DNA of 64,000 nucleotides from Larus michahellis (Eukaryota): NCBI RefSeq assembly GCF_964199755.1, contig NC_133912.1, positions 318,570 to 382,569 of the forward strand, read 5' to 3'. Shown piece by piece: positions 63,591 to 64,000 of this stretch (position 1 is its first letter; each line of letters starts with the position of its first letter). The notes under the pieces were generated by a model. It saw only the letters and a program-made list of their open reading frames with translations, ran no database searches and was not told where the DNA came from. The position numbers and the translations under genes were made by a program.

Positions 63591-64000
63591 AGAACAAGAC
63601 ACAGTTTTCCCTACTGGTTCTTTGGGCGTGGGGCCAATCTCCAGACATATGAAAATATTGGAGGCTGGCGTGTCGCCAAATGGGAAAGGGTGGTTTTGAG
63701 GCTGAAGGCAGCAGGAAAGCCTGCAGCCCACAGGTCTGTGGGGCCACGGAAGCGGTTCCCAAAGAGCTTTAGAACAAGCCACAGTTTACCCTCCTGGCTC
63801 TTTGGGCATGGGAGAAATCTCCAGACATATGACCAATTTGGAGCCTGGCACCGCGCCAAGTGGGAAAGGGTGGTTTTGAGGCTGAAGGCAGCAGGAAAGC
63901 CTGCAGCCCCCAGGTGTGTGGGGCTACGCAAGCGGTTCCCAAAGAGCTTTAGAACAAGCCACATTTTTCCCTCTTGGCTCTTTGTGCATGGGAGCAATCT
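63590..64000. repeat. 185-bp satellite, same family as 35340–35810, about 2.2 copies, running to the window end
   Basis: The unit tttagaacaag(a/c)cacagttt.ccct.ctggctctttgggc.tggg..caatctccagacatatga..a.ttggag.ctggc...cgccaa.tgggaaagggtggttttgaggctgaaggcagcaggaaagcctgcagccc.caggt.tgtggggc.acg.aagcggttcccaaagagc repeats head-to-tail and matches 35340–35810. Confidence 0.9.

Overview
This window looks like avian genomic DNA. The evidence is the many CR1 LINE copies, a medium-chain acyl-CoA dehydrogenase gene and a bird-type gamma-clade olfactory receptor. It is not prokaryotic, so no CRISPR arrays or operons are expected and none are seen. Everything below comes from reading the sequence by eye; nothing was computed.

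- **1–14.4 kb:** the 5' eleven of twelve coding exons of ACADM (MCAD) on the minus strand. Exon 1 sits in a very GC-rich CpG-island promoter at about 13.8–14.4 kb. Exon 12, which carries the catalytic YEGT motif, is not in the window.
- **14.4–64 kb:** a repeat-dense region with many CR1 LINE fragments. Two are near full-length, at 43.2–46.3 kb (+) and 50.9–54.1 kb (−).
- **28.2–29.3 kb:** a single-exon olfactory receptor broken by a 1-nt homopolymer frameshift.
- **46.3–50.9 kb:** a nested endogenous-retrovirus cluster. A young gammaretrovirus-like provirus with a tRNA-His primer-binding site and a gag amber stop followed by GGQG is inserted into the capsid of an older ERV. A 4-bp target-site duplication is identifiable. 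Its downstream terminus is an inverted partial LTR rather than a direct one.
- **55.2–59.2 kb:** a 5'-truncated minus-strand provirus remnant retaining integrase and a large env.
- **34–40 kb and 63.3–64 kb:** satellite DNA. There is a roughly 670-bp higher-order repeat, a roughly 185-bp satellite family, and a 2–2.4-kb macro-repeat containing G-rich and C-rich blocks and an array of GCGCATGCGC palindromes. At the window end an interstitial (TTAGGG)n tract abuts the 185-bp satellite.

Several long ORFs in the six-frame track are low-complexity, CR1 or ERV artefacts and are not cellular genes.
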